A program made the position numbers and the translations under genes. A stretch of DNA of 64,000 nucleotides from an uncultured Candidatus Saccharibacteria bacterium (GTDB lineage: Bacteria > Patescibacteriota > Minisyncoccia > Phycocordibacterales > XYD1-FULL-46-19). The stretch lies in assembly GCA_964639285.1 (NCBI GenBank), contig CAZXCI010000001.1, positions 142,305 to 206,304 of the forward strand. Reading direction: 5' to 3'. The notes under the pieces were generated by a model that ran no database searches, was not told the origin of the DNA, and worked only from the letters and a program-made list of their open reading frames with translations. Positions 36,846 through 47,345 of this stretch are shown here, piece by piece. The stretch's first letter is position 1; each line of letters opens with the position of its first letter.

Positions 36846-38096
36846 ATGAGACAGTCTCAATTATTTACCAAAACTCGTAAGGAAGATCCGAAGGACGAAG
36901 TAGCCAAGAATGCCAAATTGTTGATTCGAGCTGGTTTTATTAATAAAGAAATGGCAGGAGTTTATTCTTATTTGCCACTTGGCTTAAGGGCTTTAGAGAA
37001 GGTAAAGAATATCATCCGAGAAGAAATGAACGAAGTTGGCGGAGTCGAAGTCCAAATGACAACGCTCCAAAATTCTGAACTCTATGAGAAAACAAATCGT
37101 TGGGATGATGAAGTCGTAGATAATTGGTTCAAAACTGAATTAAAGTCTGGTGGCAAAATTGGTTTGGGTTTGACCCACGAAGAGGCAATTACGGCCATGC
37201 TTGCGGGTCAAGTTAGTTCATATAAAGATTTGCCGGTGGCGGTGTATCAAATCCAGAAAAAGTTTCGTAATGAAATTAGGGCCAAGAGTGGTATCATGCG
37301 TGGTCGTGAGTTCATGATGAAGGATCTCTATTCTTTCCACGCTAACGAAGAAGATCTTAACGATTTTTACGACAAAGTTAAGGGCGCCTATGAACGAATT
37401 TTTGAGCGCGTTGGTTTAGCTGACACGACCTACTTCACTTTTGCTAGTGGGGGAATTTTTAGCAAATATAGCCACGAATTTCAGACTTTGTCTGAAGCTG
37501 GAGAAGACACAATTTATGTTTGTGAGGAGAAAAAGTTTGCTATCAACAAAGAAGTCTTAGACGAAGAAATATTGTCTGAATTTGGTATTTCTCAAGATGA
37601 CCTCGTTGAGAAAAGGGCAATTGAAACAGGTAATATCTTCAAACTTGGGACAAGATATTCTGAACCTCTGGGGTTAAAATTTGTCGATGAGAACGGCGAA
37701 TCGAAGCCGGTAATTGCCGCTAGTTATGGTCTTGGCGTTGATCGTCTATTGGGCACTATTGCTGAGGTTTTTGCTGATGATCGTGGCCTGATTTGGCCCA
37801 AGAGCGTAGCGCCTTATCTTGTCCACTTGGTTTGGATTCCGGGCGAAGGTTCTGTCTCGAGGGAGCTGGCGGATAAGCTTTATGATAGTTTAACTGAGGC
37901 GGGGGTTGAAGTCCTCTATGATGACCGCGTGGCTTCAGCCGGAGAAAAATTTGCCGAAGCGGATTTATTGGGCTTACCTTATCGGGTGATTGTTTCAGAT
38001 AAGACTTTGGTCGAGGGCCGATTTGAATTGAAAGAACGCGCGACAGGGAAAATTTGTTTTGTTTGCGAAGAAGAATTATTCGATTTACTAAAATAA
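36846..38096 (+). CDS. proS: proline--tRNA ligase (short form, no editing insertion)
   Basis: LLIRAGFI, THEE, FRNEIR, MRGREF.MKD.YSF, anticodon-binding domain. Confidence 0.95.
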   Translation: MRQSQLFTKTRKEDPKDEVAKNAKLLIRAGFINKEMAGVYSYLPLGLRALEKVKNIIREEMNEVGGVEVQMTTLQNSELYEKTNRWDDEVVDNWFKTELKSGGKIGLGLTHEEAITAMLAGQVSSYKDLPVAVYQIQKKFRNEIRAKSGIMRGREFMMKDLYSFHANEEDLNDFYDKVKGAYERIFERVGLADTTYFTFASGGIFSKYSHEFQTLSEAGEDTIYVCEEKKFAINKEVLDEEILSEFGISQDDLVEKRAIETGNIFKLGTRYSEPLGLKFVDENGESKPVIAASYGLGVDRLLGTIAEVFADDRGLIWPKSVAPYLVHLVWIPGEGSVSRELADKLYDSLTEAGVEVLYDDRVASAGEKFAEADLLGLPYRVIVSDKTLVEGRFELKERATGKICFVCEEELFDLLK

Positions 38097-38097
38097 T

Positions 38098-39150
38098 ATG
38101 TGGCGGAATATCCCAAAATTTTTTTCCAGTGCCATCGGGGTTGATTTGGGTACTTCCAACACTCTTATTTATGTTAAGGGTAATGGGATAGTCATCGTTG
38201 AACCTTCAATTGTTGCGATTAATCAGAAAACGGGTCGTGTCGTGGCTGTGGGCGAGGATGCTAGCCAGATGATCGGCCGAACGCCCGCTCATATCCAGGC
38301 GATTCGCCCGCTGGTTAACGGCGTTATTTCTAATTTCGAAATGGCCGAGGAGATGCTCTCTTATTTTCTTAAGAAAGCGGCGAACCTTAGTGGTAACAAT
38401 TTTTTTCGACCTCAAGTTGTCGTTGGGGTTCCCTCGAGTATTACCAATGTGGAAAGACGGGCCGTGCGGGATGCCTTGATCAATGCTGGAGCGAGAGAGG
38501 TTCACGTTATCGAGGAGCCAATGGCGGCGGCGATCGGCATTAATATGCCAGTTTATGATCCGGTGGGGAATATGATTGTCGACATCGGTGGCGGAACGAC
38601 AGATATTGCGGTGATTTCTCTTGGAGGTGTTGTTCGTTCTAAGAGTTTGCATGTTGCCGGCGAGCGATTTAACCAAGACATTATTAATTATGTTCGTGAT
38701 GAGTTTAAGATTCTTCTGGGCGAAAGGACGGCCGAAGAAGTTAAGGTTGCGATTGGCTCGGCCCTGCGTCAAGATTCGGGGAACGAAACTTTGGTTCGTG
38801 GTCGGGATCTTGTTACTGGTCTTCCTCGTGAAGTGGCCATTACTGATTCAGACATTCGAGAAGCAATTTTCAATTCCCTAGCTATTTTTGTTGATGCGGT
38901 TAAAGAGGTCCTTGAATCAACTCCGCCTGAAGTTGTCTCTGATATTATGCGCCGGGGATTGGTTTTAACGGGAGGAAGCGCCACTTTGCGTGGATTGCGA
39001 GAATTGCTTGAGAAAGAATTGGAGATTCCTATTCACTTGGCTGAGGATCCCTTGATGGCCGTCGTGCGAGGGACGGGGGTTGTCTTAGATGATCTCGACC
39101 AGTACCGTGATATTTTAATTGATAATGAAGATGAATTACCCCCACGTTAG
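38098..39150 (+). CDS. mreB: rod shape-determining actin homolog (copy 2)
   Basis: GVDLGTSN, DIGGGTT; followed by mreC. Confidence 0.96.
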   Translation: MWRNIPKFFSSAIGVDLGTSNTLIYVKGNGIVIVEPSIVAINQKTGRVVAVGEDASQMIGRTPAHIQAIRPLVNGVISNFEMAEEMLSYFLKKAANLSGNNFFRPQVVVGVPSSITNVERRAVRDALINAGAREVHVIEEPMAAAIGINMPVYDPVGNMIVDIGGGTTDIAVISLGGVVRSKSLHVAGERFNQDIINYVRDEFKILLGERTAEEVKVAIGSALRQDSGNETLVRGRDLVTGLPREVAITDSDIREAIFNSLAIFVDAVKEVLESTPPEVVSDIMRRGLVLTGGSATLRGLRELLEKELEIPIHLAEDPLMAVVRGTGVVLDDLDQYRDILIDNEDELPPR

Positions 39151-39957
39151 ATGTTGGACTATCATAATCGCAAAAACAAAAAATTTTGGTGGCCCATTGG
39201 TCTAACTGTTTTAGTTATTATTCTCGTTTCTGTCCTTGGGAGTTTTGCCCGGGATTTATTGTCAGGTCCTGTTATCTTTTTTACCAAACCATTATGGCAA
39301 GGGAGCGATAATTTGGGGACCTTTCTCTCAGTTCAGGCCTCTGGCTTAGGGCAGACGCGTCAAGCTCTTCTCTTTGAAAACAAAAATTTGCGTGAAGAAG
39401 TTAACAAATTTAAAAATTTACTCTTAGCAAAGAAAAATGTTGAGGCCGACAATAATAAGCTAAGAGCGATCCTTGGTCGAGCTGGAGAGACAGAGAAGCC
39501 ACTCGTCGCTCGGGTTATCTTCTTGCCCAACTTCGTTCCTTATAACAATCTGCTTCTTGATATTGGGCAGAAGAATTGCACCCGTCCTTTCAAGGTGGGG
39601 GATCTCGTGGTGGCCGATGGAGTTGTCTTGGTGGGGAAAATTGTTAGTATTGATGATGAATATTCAAAGGTCAAACTTTTGTCGGCCGAGACAAAATTGG
39701 CAGTGATTATTGGAGATAAAAATGTCCCTGGCCTAGCGGTCGGTTCTGGTGCAGGGAACTTCACGATTAGTTTGCCTAAAGATACACCAATTTTTGTTGG
39801 TGACCGAGTGAGAGTGCCGCTTTTAAATAATTATTTGATCGGTTTGGTAGGACACATTGAGAAGGTGGCGAGTCGTCCGACGCAGACAGTCTTGGTTCGA
39901 ACCCCTGTCAATCTTTTTCAATTAAAATGGTTAGAAATTTATGACGCAAAGATTTAG
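39151..39957 (+). CDS. mreC: rod shape-determining protein MreC
   Basis: TM, coiled coil (EN..LR), beta domain; synteny. Confidence 0.85.
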   Translation: MLDYHNRKNKKFWWPIGLTVLVIILVSVLGSFARDLLSGPVIFFTKPLWQGSDNLGTFLSVQASGLGQTRQALLFENKNLREEVNKFKNLLLAKKNVEADNNKLRAILGRAGETEKPLVARVIFLPNFVPYNNLLLDIGQKNCTRPFKVGDLVVADGVVLVGKIVSIDDEYSKVKLLSAETKLAVIIGDKNVPGLAVGSGAGNFTISLPKDTPIFVGDRVRVPLLNNYLIGLVGHIEKVASRPTQTVLVRTPVNLFQLKWLEIYDAKI

Positions 39958-40183
39958 CCTGACTCTCTTAGTCCTTCTTTCCTCTGTCTTGTTACCTTGG
40001 TGGTTTAATGTTTTTGTCTTACTTTTTTTGATCTTTCTCTTTTCCTGGTATTATGAAGCGGGAGTGTTAGTTTTTGTTTTCGAGTTAATTTATGGTTCAG
40101 GCCATTTTTGGCTAACGATCATAGTTATCACTCTTATACCTTTGATAGAATGGCTTAAAAAGAGGTTATATGTTTTTTCCTAG
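39941..40183 (+). CDS. small membrane protein, MreD-like by position
   Basis: 80 aa, hydrophobic, between mreC and pbp2. Confidence 0.6.
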   Translation: MTQRFSLTLLVLLSSVLLPWWFNVFVLLFLIFLFSWYYEAGVLVFVFELIYGSGHFWLTIIVITLIPLIEWLKKRLYVFS

Positions 40184-41852
40184 ATTCAAAAAAAGATGGC
40201 GTTATAACGATCTCTCCCCAGACGAAATTTTTGTTGATGCCAGTAATTTGCCTTCTTATAACGAGCAACAATTTGAGGGTCGAATCGAGAGACCGATCAA
40301 TCGCCAGACTTTTGTCGGTGTAGCCTTTTTTTGTTTTGCGATTGCTTTGATTTTTGTTGTCAGAATCTTTTTTCTTCAGGTTATTAATGGAGCAGATTAT
40401 GCTGAGCGAAGCCGTAGTAATAGTTTGAGTTTTACTCCTATCTTTGCCGAACGAGGAAATATTTATGACCGAACAGGGCAAGAGCTGGCCTGGACGGATA
40501 AGTCTCGTGTTTACTTGGCCGAAGAAGGGTTGGGCCATGTTCTCGGTTATGTCAGTTATCCTAATGAAAAAGAAATGGCCACGGGAAAATATGACCCTAA
40601 AGAATACTTAGGGCGCGCTGGAATTGAAAAAGTTAATAATGACGATCTGCTTGGGGGCCGAGGAGTTCAGATTATCGAAGTGGATGCGAAAGGACAAAAA
40701 TTATCGGATCATATTGTGAAGAAGCCTTTGCCAGGCAAAGAGTTAAGACTTTCTATTGACCACCGAGTTCAAAATCAATTTTATCTAGCCATCAAGCAAT
40801 TGGCCTTAGATCGAGGTTTTTCTGGTGGGAGTGGTGCGATTATGGATGTCGAGACCGGAGAAGTTCTTGCTCTTGTTAGTTATCCCGATTTTGATTCGAA
40901 TATTCTCTCGGACGGTAAAGATGTGGAAACTATTAACAAATATTTTTCTGACAAACAAAATACGATGCTCAATCGAGCCGTTGGTGGGCTCTATACTCCA
41001 GGTTCAATTTTTAAACCTTTTGTTGCTCTTGGAGCTCTCGCCGAGAAGACAGTCGATCCACTAAAATCTTTTGTGACCAACGGCGAACTTGTTATCCCCA
41101 ATCCTTATGATAAAACCAAGAAAACTGTTTTTAAAGACTGGAAAAATAATGGAGTAGTAGATATGCGGCGAGCTATTGCTGTATCTTCGAATGTCTATTT
41201 TTATATCATTGGTGGTGGCTTTGGTGAGCAGAAAGGTTTGGGGATAGACAATATTGGAAGATACGCCAAGCTTTTTGGTTTAAGCCAGGAGACGGGAATT
41301 GGTTTGCCGGGCGAAGAAGAGGGGGTTATTCCTAGCCCTGCTTGGAAGGCTGAGACCTTCGGTGGGGAACCTTGGCGACTAGGGGATACTTATCATACCT
41401 CCATTGGCCAGTATGGTGTCTTGGTTACGCCAATTCAAATGGTCCGAGCTTATGCGGCTATTGCTAATAAGGGTAGATTAATTCAACCAACACTCCTTTC
41501 TATTAAGCCAGAGCAAGCAGTAATTCAAGCTTCTGTTCCTATTGGTGCCGATAATTTCAAAATTATTCATGAAGGGATGAGACGGGTTGTTTTAGAGGGG
41601 ACAGCTCAGGGTCTAAATATGCCAAATGTTGAAATTGCCGCTAAGACGGGGACGGCCGAATTGGGGGTAACCAAGGAAAAAGTTAATTCTTGGGCCGTCG
41701 GTTTTTGGCCTTATAATTCACCACGTTTTGTCTTCGCTGTTGCTATGGAGAAGGGATCAAGAGCCAATTTGTTTGGCGGTGTCTATGCCATGCGCCAACT
41801 CTTCGACTGGATGACAATCAATACCCCAGAATATCTATTGCCCAAAGTTTGA
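40170..41852 (+). CDS. mrdA: penicillin-binding protein 2
   Basis: RG.IYDR, PGSIFK, SSNVYF, KTGTAE. Confidence 0.93.
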   Translation: MFFPRFKKRWRYNDLSPDEIFVDASNLPSYNEQQFEGRIERPINRQTFVGVAFFCFAIALIFVVRIFFLQVINGADYAERSRSNSLSFTPIFAERGNIYDRTGQELAWTDKSRVYLAEEGLGHVLGYVSYPNEKEMATGKYDPKEYLGRAGIEKVNNDDLLGGRGVQIIEVDAKGQKLSDHIVKKPLPGKELRLSIDHRVQNQFYLAIKQLALDRGFSGGSGAIMDVETGEVLALVSYPDFDSNILSDGKDVETINKYFSDKQNTMLNRAVGGLYTPGSIFKPFVALGALAEKTVDPLKSFVTNGELVIPNPYDKTKKTVFKDWKNNGVVDMRRAIAVSSNVYFYIIGGGFGEQKGLGIDNIGRYAKLFGLSQETGIGLPGEEEGVIPSPAWKAETFGGEPWRLGDTYHTSIGQYGVLVTPIQMVRAYAAIANKGRLIQPTLLSIKPEQAVIQASVPIGADNFKIIHEGMRRVVLEGTAQGLNMPNVEIAAKTGTAELGVTKEKVNSWAVGFWPYNSPRFVFAVAMEKGSRANLFGGVYAMRQLFDWMTINTPEYLLPKV

Positions 41853-41886
41853 TTATCCGCTTCAGGTCTGCTATAATCTCTCCGAC

Positions 41887-42351
41887 ATGGTAGTTGCTAA
41901 TCATTATCTCAGCCAGAAAAAATATGAAGAGCTCAAGCAAGAGCTTGTTTATCTCAAGACTGAGGAACGCAAGAAAATTGCCGAGAGTTTGGAGTATGCC
42001 AAATCTCTGGGGGATCTTTCTGAAAACGCCGAATATCACGAAGCTCGTGATAAACAGGCTGATGTCGAAGACCGAATTCTTGAACTTGAGGAGATCCTGA
42101 AGGAGACTCAGATTATCTCGGCTCATCACTCTAATACTGTTGAGGTTGGGACAACTGTCTCGACCAAACGAGACGACGGACGAAAAGAGGATTTTGAGAT
42201 CGTCGGACCAGAAGAGGCTGATCTACCGACAGGCAGGATCTCCCATGAGTCTCCCTTGGGCGCGGCACTTCTTGGACATAAAAAAGGTGATACAATAACA
42301 GTATCAACTCCACGAGGAGAAATTAACTACAAAATCATCGAGATTAAATAA
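41887..42351 (+). CDS. greA: transcription elongation factor GreA
   Basis: GDLSENAEY, ISHESPLG.AL. Confidence 0.97.
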   Translation: MVVANHYLSQKKYEELKQELVYLKTEERKKIAESLEYAKSLGDLSENAEYHEARDKQADVEDRILELEEILKETQIISAHHSNTVEVGTTVSTKRDDGRKEDFEIVGPEEADLPTGRISHESPLGAALLGHKKGDTITVSTPRGEINYKIIEIK

Positions 42352-43830
42352 ATGGCATCTTTAGAAGAATTAAGGAGAGAACGAATAAAGAAGCTTGAAG
42401 CCCTTAAATCAGCTGGTTATAATCCTTATCCAGCTCAGACCGAAATTAATATTAGCTTAGAGAAAGTTCTCCAAGACTTCGACGAGATTGTCGATGGGAA
42501 AGAAGTTACTCTTGGTGGCCGAATCATGGCTCTTCGACGTCAGGGCGGGCTTATTTTCATCGATTTGGTTGAAGGAGCCAATCGCTTACAAGGGTTACTT
42601 AAAGAAGATGAGCTCAAAGCCCAGTTTGACTTATTTGTGGAGACGGTGGATATCGGCGATTTTGTCCAAATTACCGGGAAGCTGATGATTACTAAGAGGG
42701 GGGAGAAGACCATCCAAGCTCTTGGTTGGAAGATTTTGTCTAAAAGCCTTCGTCCTTTGCCTGACCAATGGTCGGGCCTGCAAGATACCGAAGAACGTTT
42801 GCGCAAACGCTATCTCGACATTCTTCTAAATGAAGAAGTTCGAGCGATGGTGGTGAAGAAGGGAGAATTTTGGCAAGCCGTTCGCAATTTCTTATTAAAC
42901 CATAATTTTGTTGAAGTTGAGACTCCAATTTTAGAAAATACGGCGGGTGGGGCTGATGCCAAACCGTTTGTTACCCATCACAATGCTCTTGATCTTGATG
43001 TTTTTCTTCGTATCTCAACCGGAGAGCTCTGGCAGAAGAAATTAATGGTGGCTGGTTTTGATCGAACTTTTGAAATTGGTCGTCAATTCCGAAATGAGGG
43101 TATGGATGCTGAGCATCTCCAAGATTATACTCAGATGGAATTCTATATGGCTTATGCTGACTATGAGAAAGGGATGCAATTGGTAGAGGAGCTCTACAAG
43201 CATGTGGCCCAAAAAGTTTTTGGCACCCTCCAGTTCACAATTGGCGAGTTTGAGGTTGATTTGAGCAAAGACTGGGAAAGGTATGATTTTTGCGAGACGG
43301 TTGAGAAGATGACCGGAGTCAATGTCCTTGAGGCTAGTTTGCCTGAGATTGAAGCCAAATTAAAAGAGTTGGGGGTTGATTATGACAAAAAAGGTTTCAA
43401 TATTACTCGTGGTATTGATAATCTTTGGAAGTATTGTCGCAAGCAGATTGCTGGTCCGGGTTTTCTTGTTGGGACGCCAATTGATATTTCTCCTTTAGCT
43501 AAACGTGATGAAAAGAATCCACGTTTAGCCCAACGTTTCCAACCCATTATTGCTGGCTCTGAACTTGGCAATGGTTATAGTGAGCTCAATGACCCTCTTG
43601 ATCAGCTCACTCGTTTTAACGAACAAGCTAAATTGCGTGAGGCCGGTGATGAAGAGGCTCAGATGAAGGATGAAGAATTTGTCGAGGCACTCGAGTATGG
43701 CATGCCACCAACTTGTGGTTTCGGTATGAGCGAACGCGTCTTTGCTTTCCTTGCCAACAAATCAATGCGCGAGGCCCAAATTTTCCCACTGATGCGACCC
43801 CTCCGCCCCTCCCCATCAGACCTCAAGTGA
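42352..43830 (+). CDS. lysS: lysine--tRNA ligase (class II)
   Basis: GGADAKPF, FRNEG, YGMPPT.G.G. Confidence 0.97.
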   Translation: MASLEELRRERIKKLEALKSAGYNPYPAQTEINISLEKVLQDFDEIVDGKEVTLGGRIMALRRQGGLIFIDLVEGANRLQGLLKEDELKAQFDLFVETVDIGDFVQITGKLMITKRGEKTIQALGWKILSKSLRPLPDQWSGLQDTEERLRKRYLDILLNEEVRAMVVKKGEFWQAVRNFLLNHNFVEVETPILENTAGGADAKPFVTHHNALDLDVFLRISTGELWQKKLMVAGFDRTFEIGRQFRNEGMDAEHLQDYTQMEFYMAYADYEKGMQLVEELYKHVAQKVFGTLQFTIGEFEVDLSKDWERYDFCETVEKMTGVNVLEASLPEIEAKLKELGVDYDKKGFNITRGIDNLWKYCRKQIAGPGFLVGTPIDISPLAKRDEKNPRLAQRFQPIIAGSELGNGYSELNDPLDQLTRFNEQAKLREAGDEEAQMKDEEFVEALEYGMPPTCGFGMSERVFAFLANKSMREAQIFPLMRPLRPSPSDLK

Positions 43831-43847
43831 GCCCGAGGTCTGATGGG
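43812..43847. repeat. 36-bp hairpin element (loop AAGTGAGCCC) supplying the lysS stop codon
   Basis: Perfect 13-bp stem cccatcagacctc/gaggtctgatggg. Confidence 0.8.
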
Positions 43848-43856
43848 CCAAGAAAT

Positions 43857-44375
43857 ATGGAAAATCACGAAAATTTAAATAGAGCTATTGTTTCTGACGG
43901 GCATTTTCTTTTTGCCGGGAATGATTGGCGTTGCGCTATTGGTCCCGGAGGAGTCAAGACAGACAAAAAAGAAGGAGACGGAGCGACTCCGGCGGGATCC
44001 TTCCATATCCTTAAATTATTTTACCGAGCTGATAAAGGGGGAAAGCCAGAAACGGCAATCCCGGCCGAGAAGATTAGCCTTGATGACGGTTGGTGTGACG
44101 AACCTGGTGACCCTAACTATAATCAGTTAGTTAAGTTGCCTTATGATAAAAGTCACGAGGATCTCTGGCGACCCGATGACGACCTCTATGATCTTATTGG
44201 TGTTCTTGATTATAATTATCCAGAGGCTGAACCGGGCAAGGGTAGTTGTGTCTTCCTCCATGTCGCTCGCGAAACCTATTCGCCGACAGGTGGTTGTATT
44301 GCCATGTCTAAAGAAGATCTTCTCGCCTTCCTTAAACTTGCTACTCCTGAGACTGTTATTGAAGTAAAACCCTAA
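43857..44375 (+). CDS. L,D-transpeptidase-family (YkuD-like) protein
   Basis: K.EGDGATPAG, GWCD, GS..FLH, T.GCIA. Confidence 0.88.
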   Translation: MENHENLNRAIVSDGHFLFAGNDWRCAIGPGGVKTDKKEGDGATPAGSFHILKLFYRADKGGKPETAIPAEKISLDDGWCDEPGDPNYNQLVKLPYDKSHEDLWRPDDDLYDLIGVLDYNYPEAEPGKGSCVFLHVARETYSPTGGCIAMSKEDLLAFLKLATPETVIEVKP

Positions 44376-44460
44376 AAAACCCTTATTGTGCGAGACCCGC
44401 CTGCCTAGGCATTTCGGGCAGGTTGGATATCGCACATTTTATGCTATAATGTAAAGACTT

Positions 44461-45540
44461 ATGAAAAAAGTCTTATTTTTATTGTTTATATTGCTTAGTC
44501 CGGCTATTTTGGAGGCTAAGACCTTAGAATTTTCGGCTTGGGTGCCATATTGGAAGAAGACGGCGGCGGTAGCTGAAACTCAAGTTAATCTTACAAAATT
44601 ATCAACCATCATGCCCTTCGCTTATGAGGTTAAGTCTGATGGAACGATTTGGGATCCGATGAAAATTACCAAAGAACCTTGGTCAGCGATGATTGCCTCG
44701 GCTCGCGCTAATAAGGTGAAGATTTTACCATCTATTTTGTGGATTGATGGTGAGGCGATGGAGAAGGTTCTTGGGACGAAGAAGTCTCGCGATGCTCATG
44801 TTAAGCAAATTGTCGATTTGGTTAGAGGTAATAATTTCGATGGTATTGATATTGATTATGAGGGGAAAAAAGTTGAGAGTTTTCGTACTTTCTCCGCTTT
44901 TATCAGTAGTCTCTCTATTGCTTTGCACAAAGATCCTGGCCAGACAGGTAAGAAAATCTTATCTTGTACTATCGAACCACGTCTTCCTCCGACTTCGCGC
45001 TTTCTTAAGATCCCGGAGATAATTATGTATGCCAATGATTATGTTAGGATCAATAAATATTGCGATGAAATAAGAATCATGGCCTACGACCAGATGACTG
45101 TTGATGTCCTCTTAAATAAAAGTAAGAGGTCACTGGGCCATTATATCCCTGTGGCGGACATTGATTTTGTGAAGAAGGTCATCACTTATGCTAGTTACCA
45201 AATTTCACCCGCCAAGATTATTCTTGGAGTGGCCAATTATGGTTATGCATACCAGGTGATAGACAAAGGAACTTTTTATGATTATAAAAAATTAAGAGCT
45301 TTAAGTTATAAAACCTTTATGGACTTAGCTAAGAGCACTGGTTCAATTCCCGTGCGCGGAGCCTCAGGTGAGTTAAATTTTGTCTACCAGAAAGAGGGGG
45401 AGACTCGTTTTGCCACTCTATCTGACTCGGTGGCGATTGCCTCGAAAGTAGAATTAGCTAAGACCCTTGGCCTCAAAGGTGTGGCCCTTTTCAAAGTAGA
45501 TGGTGAAAGTGATCCAAATTTGTGGGAGGTTTTGAAGTAA
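44461..45540 (+). CDS. secreted glycoside hydrolase family 18
   Basis: Signal peptide, FDGIDIDYE, IMAYD. Confidence 0.9.
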   Translation: MKKVLFLLFILLSPAILEAKTLEFSAWVPYWKKTAAVAETQVNLTKLSTIMPFAYEVKSDGTIWDPMKITKEPWSAMIASARANKVKILPSILWIDGEAMEKVLGTKKSRDAHVKQIVDLVRGNNFDGIDIDYEGKKVESFRTFSAFISSLSIALHKDPGQTGKKILSCTIEPRLPPTSRFLKIPEIIMYANDYVRINKYCDEIRIMAYDQMTVDVLLNKSKRSLGHYIPVADIDFVKKVITYASYQISPAKIILGVANYGYAYQVIDKGTFYDYKKLRALSYKTFMDLAKSTGSIPVRGASGELNFVYQKEGETRFATLSDSVAIASKVELAKTLGLKGVALFKVDGESDPNLWEVLK

Positions 45541-45585
45541 CTAAATGTTAGTTATCCGATGGCTAAAATTTAGCGAACATTAATA

Positions 45586-45622
45586 GAACCCCCCGTTTTG
45601 CCGAAGGCAAAACGGGGGGTTT
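45586..45622. terminator. hairpin / terminator
   Basis: aaccccccgttttgcc-gaa-ggcaaaacggggggtt. Confidence 0.65.
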
Positions 45623-45667
45623 ATGTTATGGTCATTCGACCATTGCTCCGCTCACTCCGTTCGCGGG

Positions 45668-45732
45668 TTATCCACAGTTTTGGGTGGGTGGGGGTTGTTG
45701 TGAAGTGGTGCAAAGTGGGATAAAATGGGAAG
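45668..45732 (+). promoter_or_regulatory. mraZ promoter region: DnaA box plus 10-bp-period GTGG/ATGGG repeats (MraZ operator)
   Basis: TTATCCACA at 45668-45676; aagtggtgca aagtgggata aaatgggaag at 45703-45732. Confidence 0.7.
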
Positions 45733-45734
45733 TA

Positions 45735-46169
45735 ATGTTAATTGGGGAATTTAGACATACCATTGATGATAAAAAACGCATCTCCATGCCTGCCTCTTTT
45801 CGGCGTGAAGTTGGCAAGAAAATGGTAATTACTAAAGGCCTCGATGCTTGTCTCTTCGCTTATACTATCGATGGTTGGAAGAAAGTCTCGGCCGAAATCG
45901 ACAAATTGCCCATGACCCAAAGTGCCGCCCGCAGTTTCTCCCGCTTCATCTTGGGGAGCGCCTTCGAAGTGGAGCTTGATTCTATGGGCCGAGTGCTGAT
46001 CCCTGATCATCTCAAAGACTTCGCTGACCTCAAGAGTCGAGTGGTGGTGGTGGGCTTAAATGACCGCATCGAAATTTGGGAGGAGAAGAAGTGGAAGGAG
46101 AATATCGATAAGGTAGAGAAGCAGGCTGACGTGCTGGCCGAGCGTCTCAGTGAGATAGGAATGTTTTAG
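45735..46169 (+). CDS. mraZ: transcriptional regulator MraZ
   Basis: MLIGEF..TID.KKR, GLD.CL, D.MGRVLIP, RIEIW. Confidence 0.96.
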   Translation: MLIGEFRHTIDDKKRISMPASFRREVGKKMVITKGLDACLFAYTIDGWKKVSAEIDKLPMTQSAARSFSRFILGSAFEVELDSMGRVLIPDHLKDFADLKSRVVVVGLNDRIEIWEEKKWKENIDKVEKQADVLAERLSEIGMF

Positions 46170-46170
46170 T

Positions 46171-47061
46171 ATGCACGAACCAGTTCTTTTACAACCAACA
46201 ATTGAGTTACTGGATATTAAGGAGGGTGAGACTGTTGTCGACGCCACCTTGGGCCTGGCTGGTCACGCGCGAGAGGTTGCTAAGCGTTTAGGTTCGGATG
46301 GGACACTGATTGGCTTTGATGCTGATGCGGGCCTGCTCGCTAAGGCGGAGAAAAATCTCCAAGACATTAAGAGCCGAAAGATTTTTATAAATACCAATTT
46401 TCGCAATATTAAGTCGGCACTAGATAAGGAGGGGATAGAGACGGTGGACAAAGCCTTGTTTGATCTCGGGTTGAATTCAGAACATTTTGACACTTCAGGA
46501 AGAGGTTTCAGTTTCCAGAAAGATGAGCTGTTGTTGATGACGCTTAATTCTAACCCTAGCGACGAAACTCTGACAGCGCGGGAGATAGTGAATACCTGGG
46601 CCGAGGAGAGTCTAGCTGACATCATCTATGGCTACGGTGAGGAGAGGTCTTCGCGACGAATTGCTCATGCGATTGTCGAAGCGAGAAAAATTAAGCCAAT
46701 CGAGACAACTTTTGATCTGGTCGAGGTTATCAAGGGGGCAATGCCTAAGAATAGACTATATGGGAAGATTCATTTTGCCACCAAAACTTTTCAAGCTCTA
46801 AGAATTACCGTTAATGATGAGATCGGTGCCCTAAAGGAGGGGTTAGCCGGTACCTGGCAAAAATTAAGCCGTGGGGGGAGGGTGGCTGCCATTTCCTTCC
46901 ACAGCTTAGAGGCCAGAGTTGTCAAGAATTTTTTTAAAGAAAAAGTCAGCCAAGGTGAGGGTCGTTTAGTTATCAAAAAGGCATTGGCTCCAGATCGCGC
47001 CGAAGAAATGTCTAATCCTCGTTCGCGGAGTGCTCAATTGCGGGTAATCGAAAAAATATAA
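46171..47061 (+). CDS. rsmH: 16S rRNA m4C1402 methyltransferase
   Basis: H.PVLL, DATLG..GH, FQALRI.VN, NPRSRSA. Confidence 0.96.
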   Translation: MHEPVLLQPTIELLDIKEGETVVDATLGLAGHAREVAKRLGSDGTLIGFDADAGLLAKAEKNLQDIKSRKIFINTNFRNIKSALDKEGIETVDKALFDLGLNSEHFDTSGRGFSFQKDELLLMTLNSNPSDETLTAREIVNTWAEESLADIIYGYGEERSSRRIAHAIVEARKIKPIETTFDLVEVIKGAMPKNRLYGKIHFATKTFQALRITVNDEIGALKEGLAGTWQKLSRGGRVAAISFHSLEARVVKNFFKEKVSQGEGRLVIKKALAPDRAEEMSNPRSRSAQLRVIEKI

Positions 47062-47345
47062 TGTTGGGAAGAAAATTAAAATTGATAATTATCGTCATGA
47101 TCCTCGTCTTAGCCGGGACCTATGTCTATTTGGTTAAGAGCTCCGTTTTCTCGGTGGCTGAACGAAACGATAATGAGGAAAAAATTTCTCAACTTGAAGC
47201 AGACGTCTCAACCTTAGAAGCAGACTATATGACACGGTCTAATAATGTTACACTAGAGTTGGCCCGATCACTTGGTTTTCTTGACGCTACCGGTAAGGCC
47301 GGCTTCGCGCTTAAGAATCGCCCGGTGGGAATGGCTAATAATTAG
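47061..47345 (+). CDS. ftsL: cell division protein FtsL-like
   Basis: TM plus coiled coil ending A..LGF; synteny. Confidence 0.7.
   Translation: MLGRKLKLIIIVMILVLAGTYVYLVKSSVFSVAERNDNEEKISQLEADVSTLEADYMTRSNNVTLELARSLGFLDATGKAGFALKNRPVGMANN

Noticed and set aside
33187-39150. Two mreB genes as a novelty or assembly duplication
   Set aside because: The proteins are clearly diverged paralogs, and multiple MreB copies are common.
43713-43856. N-terminal extension of the L,D-transpeptidase ORF (likewise the extensions at 30373, 45684, 52393, 53483, 55666, 59441, 61397, 63417)
   Set aside because: These extensions overlap neighbouring genes, promoters or repeat elements; downstream ATGs match the family N-termini.
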